31,021 bases of DNA from Cyanophyceae cyanobacterium (GCA_050331735.1 JBHJGN010000086.1:1-31021), one strand, 5' to 3'; shown: positions 1 through 8,324, numbered from the stretch's first letter. The notes: a model not told the origin generated them from the sequence alone. Numbers and translations: made by a program.

Positions 1-123
1 CTGAGACAGTTTTCTCCCAAGACCGCTAAAAAAGTTGATTTGCTCATCAAAATAGCGATGTATCTCATAAATCCTCAGCATTTGCGTAACTGGTTTACCC
101 ACTGCTGTTATTGTCCCTCATAA
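1..123 (+). CDS. IS630-family transposase, C-terminal 40 aa (partial)
   Basis: Manual translation; ends in LRNWFTHCCYCPS with TAA at 121-123. Confidence 0.75.
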   Translation: MRQFSPKTAKKVDLLIKIAMYLINPQHLRNWFTHCCYCPS

Positions 124-140
124 ACCTGCAAAGCGCTGTA
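1..140 (+). mobile_element. Right end of an IS630-family insertion sequence, truncated by the window edge
   Basis: Frame 1 (1..123) reads LRQFSPKTAKKVDLLIKIAMYLINPQHLRNWFTHCCYCPS*, with the WFxHCxY C-terminus typical of cyanobacterial IS630 transposases. It is followed by a TIR-like ACCTGCAAAGCGCTG and then TA at 139-140. Confidence 0.75.
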
Positions 141-194
141 AATTAAAAATAGGGGAAAGGGCGGCAAAACTTACATAAACGCTGACTTGATTAG

Positions 195-566
195 CTAGTT
201 TGCGCCTCACTAGCAGACTACGAGAGGCTTTTAGAGCGAATGGGCGATCGCACCAGCATGCGGATACGATTTCGAGATAATCAAATTCTACGGATGGCTC
301 CCTTGCCCGAACACGGTAACCAGGCAGATATGCTCTCCGAGCTTGTTAAAGCCTTATTGCGGTACCAAGGACAAGATTGGCAGAGTTGCGATCCGATTAC
401 GTTAAAAAAAGCGACAATACCAGGAGTAGAGCCGAATGCTTGCTTTTATATTCAAAACTATCAAGCAATTCTGGAAAGACAGAGGCTAGCTCTCAGTCGA
501 GATCCACAAATTTTTCCTCAATCGGTTAGCTATTTTGTTTTTTCCTCACCCACCGAGATCTACTGA
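195..566 (+). pseudogene. Truncated Uma2/DUF820-family endonuclease
   Basis: DYERLLERMGDR...MAPLPEH...GVEPNACFYIQN matches the Uma2 N-terminal half. The expected PPPDLAIEVD motif and C-terminal half are missing, and there is an in-frame TAG at 192-194 upstream. Confidence 0.75.
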
Positions 567-629
567 TAGTAAACCCAAAATTTTTGGGAACTTTTGTAAT
601 AAATCTATCGTATAGTAGAGGCGCGAGCA

Positions 630-983
630 ATGGCAGCACCGCCAACCCGTAAACCTTTAGCAAAACCAATGATTATTACGACTTTAGAAGGAGTTCCCGG
701 CAAAGAAATTGTTACCCACTACGGTTTGGTACAGGGTAGCACCATCCGGGCTAAAAACGTGGGAAAAGACATTTTGGCTGGTCTTAAAAATATTGTTGGG
801 GGAGAACTCAAAGGCTACACGCAACTGCTGCAAGAAGCCCGGGAAGAAGCGATCGCTCGCATGGTTGAGCAAGCGTCTGCCCTCGGAGCCAATGCCGTCG
901 TCAACGTCCGCTTTGCCACCTCTTCGGTAGCGCAAGGAGCAGCAGAACTGTTTGCCTACGGAACAGCGGTGAAGGTTAGATAG
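630..983 (+). CDS. YbjQ/UPF0145-family protein (start may be the ATG at 669)
   Basis: MIITT...GLVQGSTIRAKNVGKDILAGLKNIVGGELKGYT...GANAVVNVRF...AYGTAV is the canonical UPF0145 pattern. Confidence 0.92.
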   Translation: MAAPPTRKPLAKPMIITTLEGVPGKEIVTHYGLVQGSTIRAKNVGKDILAGLKNIVGGELKGYTQLLQEAREEAIARMVEQASALGANAVVNVRFATSSVAQGAAELFAYGTAVKVR

Positions 984-985
984 CC

Positions 986-1429
986 ATGATTGAACTGTTA
1001 ACGCTGCTAATTTTGCTCATTGTCGGCTATCTGGTTGGCACTTGGGCAGAAAAACGGCATTACAAAAGTATCAGACAGCGAGAACGTCAGACGCTGCATT
1101 TACCAGCAGTCACGTTTGGCGCTAAGCAGCCGCTGCCTCAAGCTCAAGAAGCGGCTCTCTTTGTGGGCAGCGTTGTCGTTTCAGTAGACTATTTTAAACG
1201 GTTTGCGTCTACCCTCCGCAACCTGGTTGGCGGACGAGTCGTTGTCTATGAAAGCTTACTCGACCGCGGACGCAGAGAAGCCCTCCTACGCATGAAAGAA
1301 GATGCCCTGGCTTGGGGAGCGACACAGGTTGTTAATGTGCGGTTAGAAACGGCCAGGATTGGCAATCAGGACGGAGGCAATGGACCAGTAGCAATAGAAG
1401 TGATTGCTTACGGTACTGGAGTGCGGTAA
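986..1429 (+). CDS. YbjQ/UPF0145-family protein with N-terminal membrane anchor
   Basis: N-terminal hydrophobic helix, then GSVVVSVDYFKRF...RNLVGG...YESLLDRGRREALLRMKE...AYGTG. Starts 2 nt after the previous stop. Confidence 0.88.
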   Translation: MIELLTLLILLIVGYLVGTWAEKRHYKSIRQRERQTLHLPAVTFGAKQPLPQAQEAALFVGSVVVSVDYFKRFASTLRNLVGGRVVVYESLLDRGRREALLRMKEDALAWGATQVVNVRLETARIGNQDGGNGPVAIEVIAYGTGVR

Positions 1430-1432
1430 GCG

Positions 1433-2242
1433 ATGAGCTACACTCCTAAAGAAGTTCCTGAGCACGTTAACGTTACCCCAGTTCACCCTCTGGTCAACTT
1501 TCTCTACTTAGTAGGAACTGTCATCACGTTCAGCGCCTTGGTGTATTGGCTCCTCGGGCTTGTGGCAGCGCAACTGATTATCCGCATCAGCCCGGAGATG
1601 GAGGCTAGAATTGGTCAACAGCTCATCGCTACGGTCGAAACCTCCAAACCCCAACAGCAAGAGTACCTAGAGGAACTCCTGGCGTCCCTCCACGAGCCAC
1701 AGACGATTTCGGTTCCCTTAACGCTGCATGTAGTAGATTACGAGCAACCTAACGCTGCGGTTCTTCCCGGTGGGCATATTCTCCTTACAGAAGGTCTTTT
1801 AAAGCAAGCCGAATCGGAAAACGAACTGGCATTTGTGTTAGCCCACGAACTCGGTCATATTGTTGCCCGCGATTCTCTGAGGGGCTTGGGGCGATCGCTT
1901 GTTCTACTCACCGTCACCAGCGCCCTCGGCTTTGGGACCGGCGGTTCTCCCCCGTCAGGTCTCGTCACCTTAACCGGACAGTTAACCGACCTCCACTACA
2001 GCCGCCAGCAGGAAACAGCAGCCGATCTCTATGCGTTGACTGCCCTGATTCGAGTATATGGTCATGGAGGCTACGGACTCGATTTTTTCGCCCGCACCCA
2101 GAAGGAAGACAAGGGCAAGCTAGGGCTATTTTCCACTCATCCCCTTACCCAGCAACGTCTTGATTATCTTCGCAAAGTTGCGCGAGAGCGAGAATGGAAG
2201 ATGACGGGCAAGGCGACGGATTTACCGGCAAGTTTTGAGTAG
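1433..2242 (+). CDS. M48-family zinc metallopeptidase, membrane anchored
   Basis: PNAAVLPGG, ELAFVLAHELGH (HExxH), YSRQQETAAD and STHP motifs. Confidence 0.92.
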   Translation: MSYTPKEVPEHVNVTPVHPLVNFLYLVGTVITFSALVYWLLGLVAAQLIIRISPEMEARIGQQLIATVETSKPQQQEYLEELLASLHEPQTISVPLTLHVVDYEQPNAAVLPGGHILLTEGLLKQAESENELAFVLAHELGHIVARDSLRGLGRSLVLLTVTSALGFGTGGSPPSGLVTLTGQLTDLHYSRQQETAADLYALTALIRVYGHGGYGLDFFARTQKEDKGKLGLFSTHPLTQQRLDYLRKVAREREWKMTGKATDLPASFE

Positions 2243-2310
2243 AAGTTCTCTTGGTCGGCAGAGAGTTATAGGGCGCTACAATTTGAGACAAGCAGCCTTA
2301 AACCGAAAGC

Positions 2311-2406
2311 ATGACAACAGTATCGATTTTACCGATTTCTGATTCTAGCAGGGGAAAAACTTACCGGGCGATCACGGCAAAAGTATACTTCGCTAACAGT
2401 CAATGA
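2311..2406 (+). other. 31-aa ORF overlapping the DUF1989 start (ATGA); gene remnant or leader
   Basis: MTTVSILPISDSSRGKTYRAITAKVYFANSQ*; TGA at 2404-2406 overlaps the ATG at 2403-2405. Confidence 0.4.
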
Positions 2407-3017
2407 CAACGCAAAGACACACGTTGATTCGATCTATCACGATTGAGCCAGGACAAGGGGCGCACGGTACACTGGAAGCGGGTCAGATTCTCCGCATCAT
2501 TGATGTACAAGGACAACAGGTTTTTGACTTCTCTTCCTTTAATCGAGAAGATCCAACTGAGTATTGTGATTTAATTTATTCCCTGTTTGCTAAAGAGGCA
2601 TGGAAACTCTCTGCTGGAGACAAACTATATACACAGCGCATGCGCCCTTTGTGGACGATCGCGGCTGATACCTGTGGAGTTCATGAGTGGACAGGTGGTT
2701 TTTGTTCCCATGACTTCAATCGGTTTTTCGGGCATGACCAGCCCGGATGCAAGGAAACTTTAGAAGCAGAACTCAACGCAATGGGGCGATCGCCCCGGCT
2801 ATTAATTCCCTCGTCCTGCCTCAATCCGTTTATGAATATGCCTCATAGAAGCGATGGTTCCTGGCGGGTTGAGCCGCCCGTATCTCGTGCAGGGGATTAC
2901 CTTGAACTGCGGGCTGAGATGCCAGTCCTGTGGATTGGTTCAGTTTGCACGATGCCTCCACCAACAAACGGATACCCATTCAGTCCGATTCGGTGTGAAG
3001 TTTATGAAACGAAGTAG
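2403..3017 (+). CDS. DUF1989 / urea-carboxylase-associated family protein
   Basis: GQILRIIDVQGQQVFD, DTCGVH...C...GC, NPFMN and SRAGDYLELRAEM motifs. Confidence 0.88.
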   Translation: MTTQRHTLIRSITIEPGQGAHGTLEAGQILRIIDVQGQQVFDFSSFNREDPTEYCDLIYSLFAKEAWKLSAGDKLYTQRMRPLWTIAADTCGVHEWTGGFCSHDFNRFFGHDQPGCKETLEAELNAMGRSPRLLIPSSCLNPFMNMPHRSDGSWRVEPPVSRAGDYLELRAEMPVLWIGSVCTMPPPTNGYPFSPIRCEVYETK

Positions 3018-3106
3018 CGATCGCTGCCAAGGTATAGCAATACAACGCTTACACATAGATTCAGTGACGATCAACCCTTGTTTCCTAGAAGCAGTGCTGA
3101 AGTAGC

Positions 3107-4381
3107 TTGATGGTACGGCATAACTCAAATATCGGGATCGATCTACCAAAAAGCATTTCGATTTTAAACACGATGAAGCCTCACCAGTCAACTCGCCATT
3201 CGTCGCGATCGCCTACTGATTATTCTCCCTGGATGGGAATAGCGATCGCCTTTTACGCTTTCATTGCCATCGGTGTTGCGGAAAGCGTCTTAGGCATTCT
3301 GTTGCCCTCAATCTCAGAAACGTTCGCCCTGACCCCGGCAACCGTCACATTTCTCTTCGTCAGTCAGATTACAGGTTATGTAGTAGCAGCGTTCAGCAGT
3401 AGCTTAATTAGCTCTCAATTAGGTCTAGCACCGATGCTGCTGATGGCGGCTGTGACACTGACAATAGCTTTAGTCAGCTACTCGCTCGCCGCGGCATGGT
3501 CGGTTATGGTTGCCGTTGGCGTACTGCTGGGTTTGGGAATTGGGCTAATCGATGCAGGTATTAACACCTACATGGTCAGCGCTCGACGCGAAGCCAAATG
3601 GATTGGGCTGCTGCATGCGTTCTATGGCATCGGTGCCTTGTCAGGACCAGCGATCACCACTACCCTACTGATAGCAGGATTAACATGGCGACAGATTTAT
3701 CTTGTCATTGCCAGCATCGTTGCCCTATTAATTGGGGGAGTCAGTTGGATTATTAAAGCTCGTTATCCACCCATGATGACAAGACTAGCAGCATCTGGCT
3801 CTAATCCTGGGGTAAATTTACGTCTGGCGCTACGAACGCCTGTTGTCTTGCTCGCTGGGCTGTTGCTGCTGGTAGATGTGGGAGTTGAAGCCTCGATGGG
3901 CAACTGGGCCTATACTGTACAGCACGTGAGTCGGCAGGTTCCGGCAGCGGCGGCTGGCTACAGCGTTAGTGCATTGTGGCTAGGATTTACGCTTGCTCGC
4001 GTCCTGCTCGGATTTTTGGTGAATCGGTTCGGTGCTGTCCGTTTTGTCAACCTTTCGTTAGCCCTGCTCATTGCTGGACTCTTGAGCTGGTGGCTACTGC
4101 CTGGGCAGTGGTTAAGCTTGCCCCTGATTGGTTTTGCGATCGCTGCTATTTTTCCCGCCACAATCTGGTTAATGCCTCAGCGAGTCCCCGCCTCAGTCGT
4201 GCCTGCGGCAGTCGGTTTTGTCACGAGCGTTGCCAGTATCGGTGCGGCGTTAATTCCAACCGTGATCGGATGGATTGCAGATCGCTTAGGCTTAGAAAGC
4301 ATTCCTGGATCGATTTTGCTACTAGCGGTGGGGCTAGCAGTTGTGCATTACTGGTTAACGAGAGCGTTTCAGTCTGAATAA
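3107..4381 (+). CDS. MFS transporter (true start probably near the ATG at 3172)
   Basis: About 12 hydrophobic segments; GLGIGLIDAGIN, LLHAFYGIGA and GWIADRLG motifs. Confidence 0.9.
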   Translation: MMVRHNSNIGIDLPKSISILNTMKPHQSTRHSSRSPTDYSPWMGIAIAFYAFIAIGVAESVLGILLPSISETFALTPATVTFLFVSQITGYVVAAFSSSLISSQLGLAPMLLMAAVTLTIALVSYSLAAAWSVMVAVGVLLGLGIGLIDAGINTYMVSARREAKWIGLLHAFYGIGALSGPAITTTLLIAGLTWRQIYLVIASIVALLIGGVSWIIKARYPPMMTRLAASGSNPGVNLRLALRTPVVLLAGLLLLVDVGVEASMGNWAYTVQHVSRQVPAAAAGYSVSALWLGFTLARVLLGFLVNRFGAVRFVNLSLALLIAGLLSWWLLPGQWLSLPLIGFAIAAIFPATIWLMPQRVPASVVPAAVGFVTSVASIGAALIPTVIGWIADRLGLESIPGSILLLAVGLAVVHYWLTRAFQSE

Positions 4382-4393
4382 AGGAAACCATTA

Positions 4394-4513
4394 ATGAATT
4401 TGGAGTGGCTACAGTGGGCGCAACAACTACAGGCGATCGCAGCACTACACAGAATTGTCTTCAGGAGAAGTGTTAATGAACGACCGATGACCCAGGCTTG
4501 TACCATATCCTAA
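4394..4513 (+). pseudogene. 5' remnant of a NUDIX hydrolase (Nudix_N / YjhB-like N-terminus)
   Basis: MNLEWLQWAQQLQAIA resembles the WLxWAxxLQAIAQ start of that family, with AAGGA upstream. Similarity stops at the HIP1 site (4433-4440) and the frame ends at 4513. Confidence 0.65.
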
Positions 4514-4564
4514 ATTGCTTTATACAAATTAGTTTGTACAAGTTGCTCTATAATAATATTGTTG

Positions 4565-4583
4565 GTACGGCAAACTGCCGTAC
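4565..4583. promoter_or_regulatory. TA operator palindrome GTACGGCA-AAC-TGCCGTAC
   Basis: Perfect 8-bp inverted repeat about 55 nt upstream of the antitoxin ATG. It lies between a possible -35 (TTGTTG, 4559-4564) and an overlapping -10 (TACAAT, 4581-4586). Confidence 0.8.
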
Positions 4584-4636
4584 AATTGCAAGTCCTATCC
4601 TCAGTGAATTTGTTCAAACTGCTTTGTAATCGTGAT

Positions 4637-4924
4637 ATGGCTACCACAAATCGCTCAAGTTCAGTGGCAAGATTGGAGGCTCGTGTTAGCCCAGAAGTCA
4701 AAGCGCTTTGGCAAAAAGCAGCTAGTCTAGAGGGATGTACCTTAACGGATTTTGTCATTGCCAGTGTCCAGGCAGCGGCTTGTGAAGTGATTGAAAAGCA
4801 TCAAACCCTCAAGCTGAGCGTTGAAGACAGTGAAGCTTTTGTCGATGCGCTACTAACCCCCCCACCGCCTAATGATGCGCTTAAGGCGGCAGCTTTAAGA
4901 CATCAGGCAACAATTAAAAATTAG
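4637..4924 (+). CDS. DUF1778 RHH antitoxin (TacA/AtaR/KacA type)
   Basis: ARLEARVSPEVKALWQKAASLEGCTLTDFV...LSVEDSEAFVDALLTPPPPN. The ATG at 4637 is preferred over the longer ORF start. Confidence 0.9.
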   Translation: MATTNRSSSVARLEARVSPEVKALWQKAASLEGCTLTDFVIASVQAAACEVIEKHQTLKLSVEDSEAFVDALLTPPPPNDALKAAALRHQATIKN

Positions 4925-5439
4925 TGGTTCTTATAATTGAGCCACTCGACAGCCGTAAGCACGAGCGCTCAAGCTTTTGCTGCGGCAAAGAAAGTTTAGA
5001 TCACTACATCCGCAAGCAAGCATCTCAGGATCTAAAAAGGCGAGTTGCTACTGTATTTGTTTTAGTTGACACTCCTGACACAAATGTTCTAGCCTACTAT
5101 ACTCTCTCTTCATACACTGTTGATATTTCAGTTCTAAATTATGCTTTCGCAAAACGCTTGCCTCGCTATCCTTTACTTCCTGCTACGTTACTAGGTCGTC
5201 TTGGGATTGATAGCAGTCAAAAAGGCAAGCAATTAGGCGAATTAATGCTGGTAGACGCTCTTAAGAGGTCGTTAGCTGTAACAACACAAGTGGCATCCCT
5301 GGCTGTCATTGCAGAAGCGATAGATGAAGAAGCCGTAAATTTTTATCAAAAATACGGATTTCAGCGGTTTCAGCAAACGCCGATGAAGCTTTACTTGCCA
5401 ATGAAGTCTGTTGACACACTGTGTCGGGAACTCGAATAA
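4924..5439 (+). CDS. GNAT acetyltransferase toxin (TacT/AtaT/KacT type)
   Basis: HERSSFCCGKESLDHY, AYYTL, PATLLGRLGID, QKGKQLG and FYQKYGF motifs; overlaps the antitoxin stop by 1 nt. Confidence 0.9.
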   Translation: MVLIIEPLDSRKHERSSFCCGKESLDHYIRKQASQDLKRRVATVFVLVDTPDTNVLAYYTLSSYTVDISVLNYAFAKRLPRYPLLPATLLGRLGIDSSQKGKQLGELMLVDALKRSLAVTTQVASLAVIAEAIDEEAVNFYQKYGFQRFQQTPMKLYLPMKSVDTLCRELE

Positions 5440-5518
5440 TGGCAAGAAGCAGCGGTGGCATTTAATTTGGCAACGAGTAGGTTAGGCTAGGTAAAGGTAG
5501 ATACAGTGCATCCCTCTG

Positions 5519-6406
5519 TTGAGTATGCTCTCTTGGCTCGTTATTCCCATTTTTGCTTCAGCTAATGCGGTACTATTGCCTGGTAAAGAACCAAGTGCTA
5601 GCTCGCTCGCTCAATCAGAAGTAGGCGCAGCCAGAGATGAACTCAATTGTGCAGAGTCTATTCTTTCTCGCGTACAGCGCCATCGTATTGCCCCTGGAGA
5701 ATCTGTAGAAGGAATTGCTAGCCAGTACGGATTGCTACCAGGAACCTTAATAGCATTTAATCCTACTTTGCAGAACGGGGCGGCTCCGATTGGCACAGAA
5801 ATCCTCGTTCCCCCTGTTAACGGCGTTCGCATAGAAGTCCCTGCTGGAACTACCTGGCAGGATTTAGCAAGCGCCTACGGAGTCCGCGCCGATGTGCTGT
5901 TTGAAGCTAACGGATGCCAACAAACGCCAACAGTGGTTTTTCTCCCTGGCGTAAGCTGGAGTGCCGCCTCTGAAACCGTCGACAACTACACCGGATTAGC
6001 AGGCTACCCGCTTCCGGAAATTGCTTCTGTCGGATTGTCCTACGGTTGGCAGTCCGATCCGACCAATCAAGACAGCCTTTTTCACAGCGGCATCGATCTG
6101 CTGGCAGATTCTGGAACATCGGTATTAGCGGCTGATGCAGGCACGGTTGCTTATGTCGGTCAAGACGAAAACTACGGCAACTTCATCGCGATCGATCATG
6201 GCGAAGGCAGGCAAACTCGATATGCTCATCTCGGCAGCATTCGAGTAAGCGCCAGTCAATCCGTTGCCTCCGGTGATGTTATTGGCACCGTTGGCACAAC
6301 CGGACAGCCAGATATTGAGGTGCCCCATCTCCATTTTGAGGTTCGCTTCAACTCGCCTGCTGGCTGGGTAGCGCAAAATCCCCAAATTCACTTAAAGACA
6401 CGGTAA
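5519..6406 (+). CDS. LysM-domain M23-family metallopeptidase
   Basis: Two LysM-like repeats, HSGID (HxxxD), TRYAHL and PHLHFE motifs. Confidence 0.92.
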   Translation: MSMLSWLVIPIFASANAVLLPGKEPSASSLAQSEVGAARDELNCAESILSRVQRHRIAPGESVEGIASQYGLLPGTLIAFNPTLQNGAAPIGTEILVPPVNGVRIEVPAGTTWQDLASAYGVRADVLFEANGCQQTPTVVFLPGVSWSAASETVDNYTGLAGYPLPEIASVGLSYGWQSDPTNQDSLFHSGIDLLADSGTSVLAADAGTVAYVGQDENYGNFIAIDHGEGRQTRYAHLGSIRVSASQSVASGDVIGTVGTTGQPDIEVPHLHFEVRFNSPAGWVAQNPQIHLKTR

Positions 6407-6609
6407 GTCCGGTACGGGACGGGGAAAAGGTCGCGAACGCGACGGGGAAAGGGAAAACTGTCCCTAGCGGGACGGGGAAAGAACACAGGACTAAGGAAAA
6501 ACTTGGTAATTACTCCCTTTCCCCCTTTCCCTTTTCCCGTTGCGAAGCAACTTTCTCCTCTGCCCTTTTCCCGTGCCTCTAGCACTTCCCCCGCGCCATC
6601 GGCGCTTCA
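6407..6609. repeat. Composite dispersed repeat with inverted G/A-rich and C/T-rich tracts between convergent genes
   Basis: GGGGAAA(A)GGG tracts at 6416-6480 face CCCTTT(T)CCC tracts at 6515-6592, with embedded mini-hairpins. Homologous segments occur at 24336-24367 and 24756-24984. Confidence 0.75.
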
Positions 6610-8214
6610 CCGATAGGTTTTCTCCGGATCTACATTGCGGTTCGCTACTTCATCAGCATAGGCTAGCATCTGCCCGGAACTGAGACGCTGCATATAGCTG
6701 CTGAGGTCTGAAGCGACTCGATTAGAGAGCACGTAGCAGCCGATGAGATTCGGGAACGCCATAGACAGCAGCATCATGTCGCTAAAGTCGAGCACGGCTC
6801 CCAAATTAACAACGGCACCAATAAAGACACAAACAACGAAGATTGCTCGGTAAACCATAATGGTGCTTTCTCCAACAAGATAAGCCCAGGCTTTCTCTCC
6901 GTAGTAGCTCCAGGAAATCATCGTTGAAAACGCAAACAGCGCTACAGCGATCGCTAAAATAATCGGAAACCAGCCGATCACGCTGCTGAAGGCTAAGGCA
7001 GTAAGCTCAACGCCATTGGCTTCTGCGGCGCTGGTATCTTGATAAACTCCAGTAATCACAATTGTCAGCGCGGTGAGGTTGCAAATCACGATCGTGTCGA
7101 TGAACGGCTCTAGAAGCGCCACAATGCCCTCTCTCAGAGGCTCATCGGTCCGGGCTGCTGAGTGGGCGATCGCGGCTGACCCAATCCCGGCTTCATTAGA
7201 AAAAGCGCTGCGCCGGATTCCCTGAATAATCACGCCGACAATGCCTCCTTCAACGGCTTGAGGCGAGAAGGCTTGGGAGAAAATTGTTCCCAATGCTGTG
7301 GGAATCTCACCGACATTAGTCACAATAATCCACAAACAGGCCAGCACGTAGATGACAGCCATCGCCGGGACTAGGCTGCTGGTAATCGAGGCGATGCGGC
7401 TAATCCCGCCAAGAATAACAATGCCAACTAGCGTTGCGACAACAAGCCCAAATACCCAATTAGCAATGGGAACCACGCCAGCAACGGCAGCATAAGCTTG
7501 GTTGGACTGGAACATATTGCCGCCTCCAAATGAGGCTCCGATACATAAAATCGCAAACAGAAACGCTAGCCCTTTACCAATCGGACGCATCCCCCGTCGG
7601 GATAAGCCCCGAGATAGATAGTACATGGGACCGCCCGATACCGTTCCATCGGGTCTAACCAAGCGGTACTCCTGAGCGAGGGTACACTCGATAAATTTAC
7701 TCGACATGCCGAAAAAGCCGCCTAGGGTCATCCATACCAACGCCCCAGGACCGCCAATCTGAACCGCGATCGCTACCCCGGCAATGTTGCCCAGTCCAAC
7801 CGTTCCAGATAGCGCTGTTGCCAGGGCCTGGAAGTGGGAAACGTCTCCTTCATCTTCTGGATCGTCGTATTTACCGCGGACTATATCAATTGCATGCTTA
7901 AAGCCACGCACGTTAATAAAGCCCATCCGCAGCGTGAAGAAGATTGCTCCTCCGATGAGCCAGAGAACGATAAAGGGAAAACCCGCTATCTCAAAAAATA
8001 GCACTGCCCCTAATCCTTCAACGAGCTGAGAAAAAACGGCATCGATGCTACCGATGAAGCCACCCGCAGTTTCTTCTTGTGCTAACGCCACGTTTGGCAT
8101 TGCCAGGAACGCCATCACTCCCACTCCAGCTAGGAGATTGAGCAAAACGCTTTGATAGGCTTTGGCCTTATTTCTAAGAAATCTGAAATATTTTTGTAAA
8201 TTGCTGCTCAACAT
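6607..8214 (-). CDS. agcS: Alanine/glycine:cation (Na+) symporter, AGCS family
   Basis: FQALATALSGTVGLGNIAGVAIAV, GGPGALVWM, GGPMYY, FSNEAGIGSA and FIDTIVIC motifs. Start moved from the TTG at 8283 to the ATG at 8214 (or later) because of the promoter position. Confidence 0.9.
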   Translation of the reverse strand: MLSSNLQKYFRFLRNKAKAYQSVLLNLLAGVGVMAFLAMPNVALAQEETAGGFIGSIDAVFSQLVEGLGAVLFFEIAGFPFIVLWLIGGAIFFTLRMGFINVRGFKHAIDIVRGKYDDPEDEGDVSHFQALATALSGTVGLGNIAGVAIAVQIGGPGALVWMTLGGFFGMSSKFIECTLAQEYRLVRPDGTVSGGPMYYLSRGLSRRGMRPIGKGLAFLFAILCIGASFGGGNMFQSNQAYAAVAGVVPIANWVFGLVVATLVGIVILGGISRIASITSSLVPAMAVIYVLACLWIIVTNVGEIPTALGTIFSQAFSPQAVEGGIVGVIIQGIRRSAFSNEAGIGSAAIAHSAARTDEPLREGIVALLEPFIDTIVICNLTALTIVITGVYQDTSAAEANGVELTALAFSSVIGWFPIILAIAVALFAFSTMISWSYYGEKAWAYLVGESTIMVYRAIFVVCVFIGAVVNLGAVLDFSDMMLLSMAFPNLIGCYVLSNRVASDLSSYMQRLSSGQMLAYADEVANRNVDPEKTYR

Positions 8215-8282
8215 ACAGGCTATATCTAGAACCATATCTAAATGCTGGTATGGTACAGCATTTGGTAAATCAAATTGCCACA

Positions 8283-8324
8283 AGCATAACGAGACTGTTG
8301 AATACAGTTTGTAGCTTAATTAAC
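8283..8324 (-). promoter_or_regulatory. NtcA-activated (class II) promoter for agcS
   Basis: Minus strand reads GTT-AATTAAGC-TAC (8324-8311), a 22-nt spacer, then TATGCT (8288-8283). This is one mismatch from GTA-N8-TAC-N22-TAN3T. Confidence 0.7.

Noticed and set aside
2243..2402. Guanidine riboswitch upstream of the DUF1989 gene
   Set aside because: Expected from gene context, but I could not find the ykkC core motifs or the paired ACGR hairpins of guanidine-II.
4559..4636. N-terminal extension of the antitoxin in the ORF track
   Set aside because: It overlaps the operator and promoter. The ATG at 4637 gives the normal size of about 95 aa.
6407..6606. CRISPR array or the 65-aa ORF 6388..6585
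   Set aside because: No constant-length repeats with unique spacers and no cas genes. The ORF is a low-complexity translation of repeat DNA.
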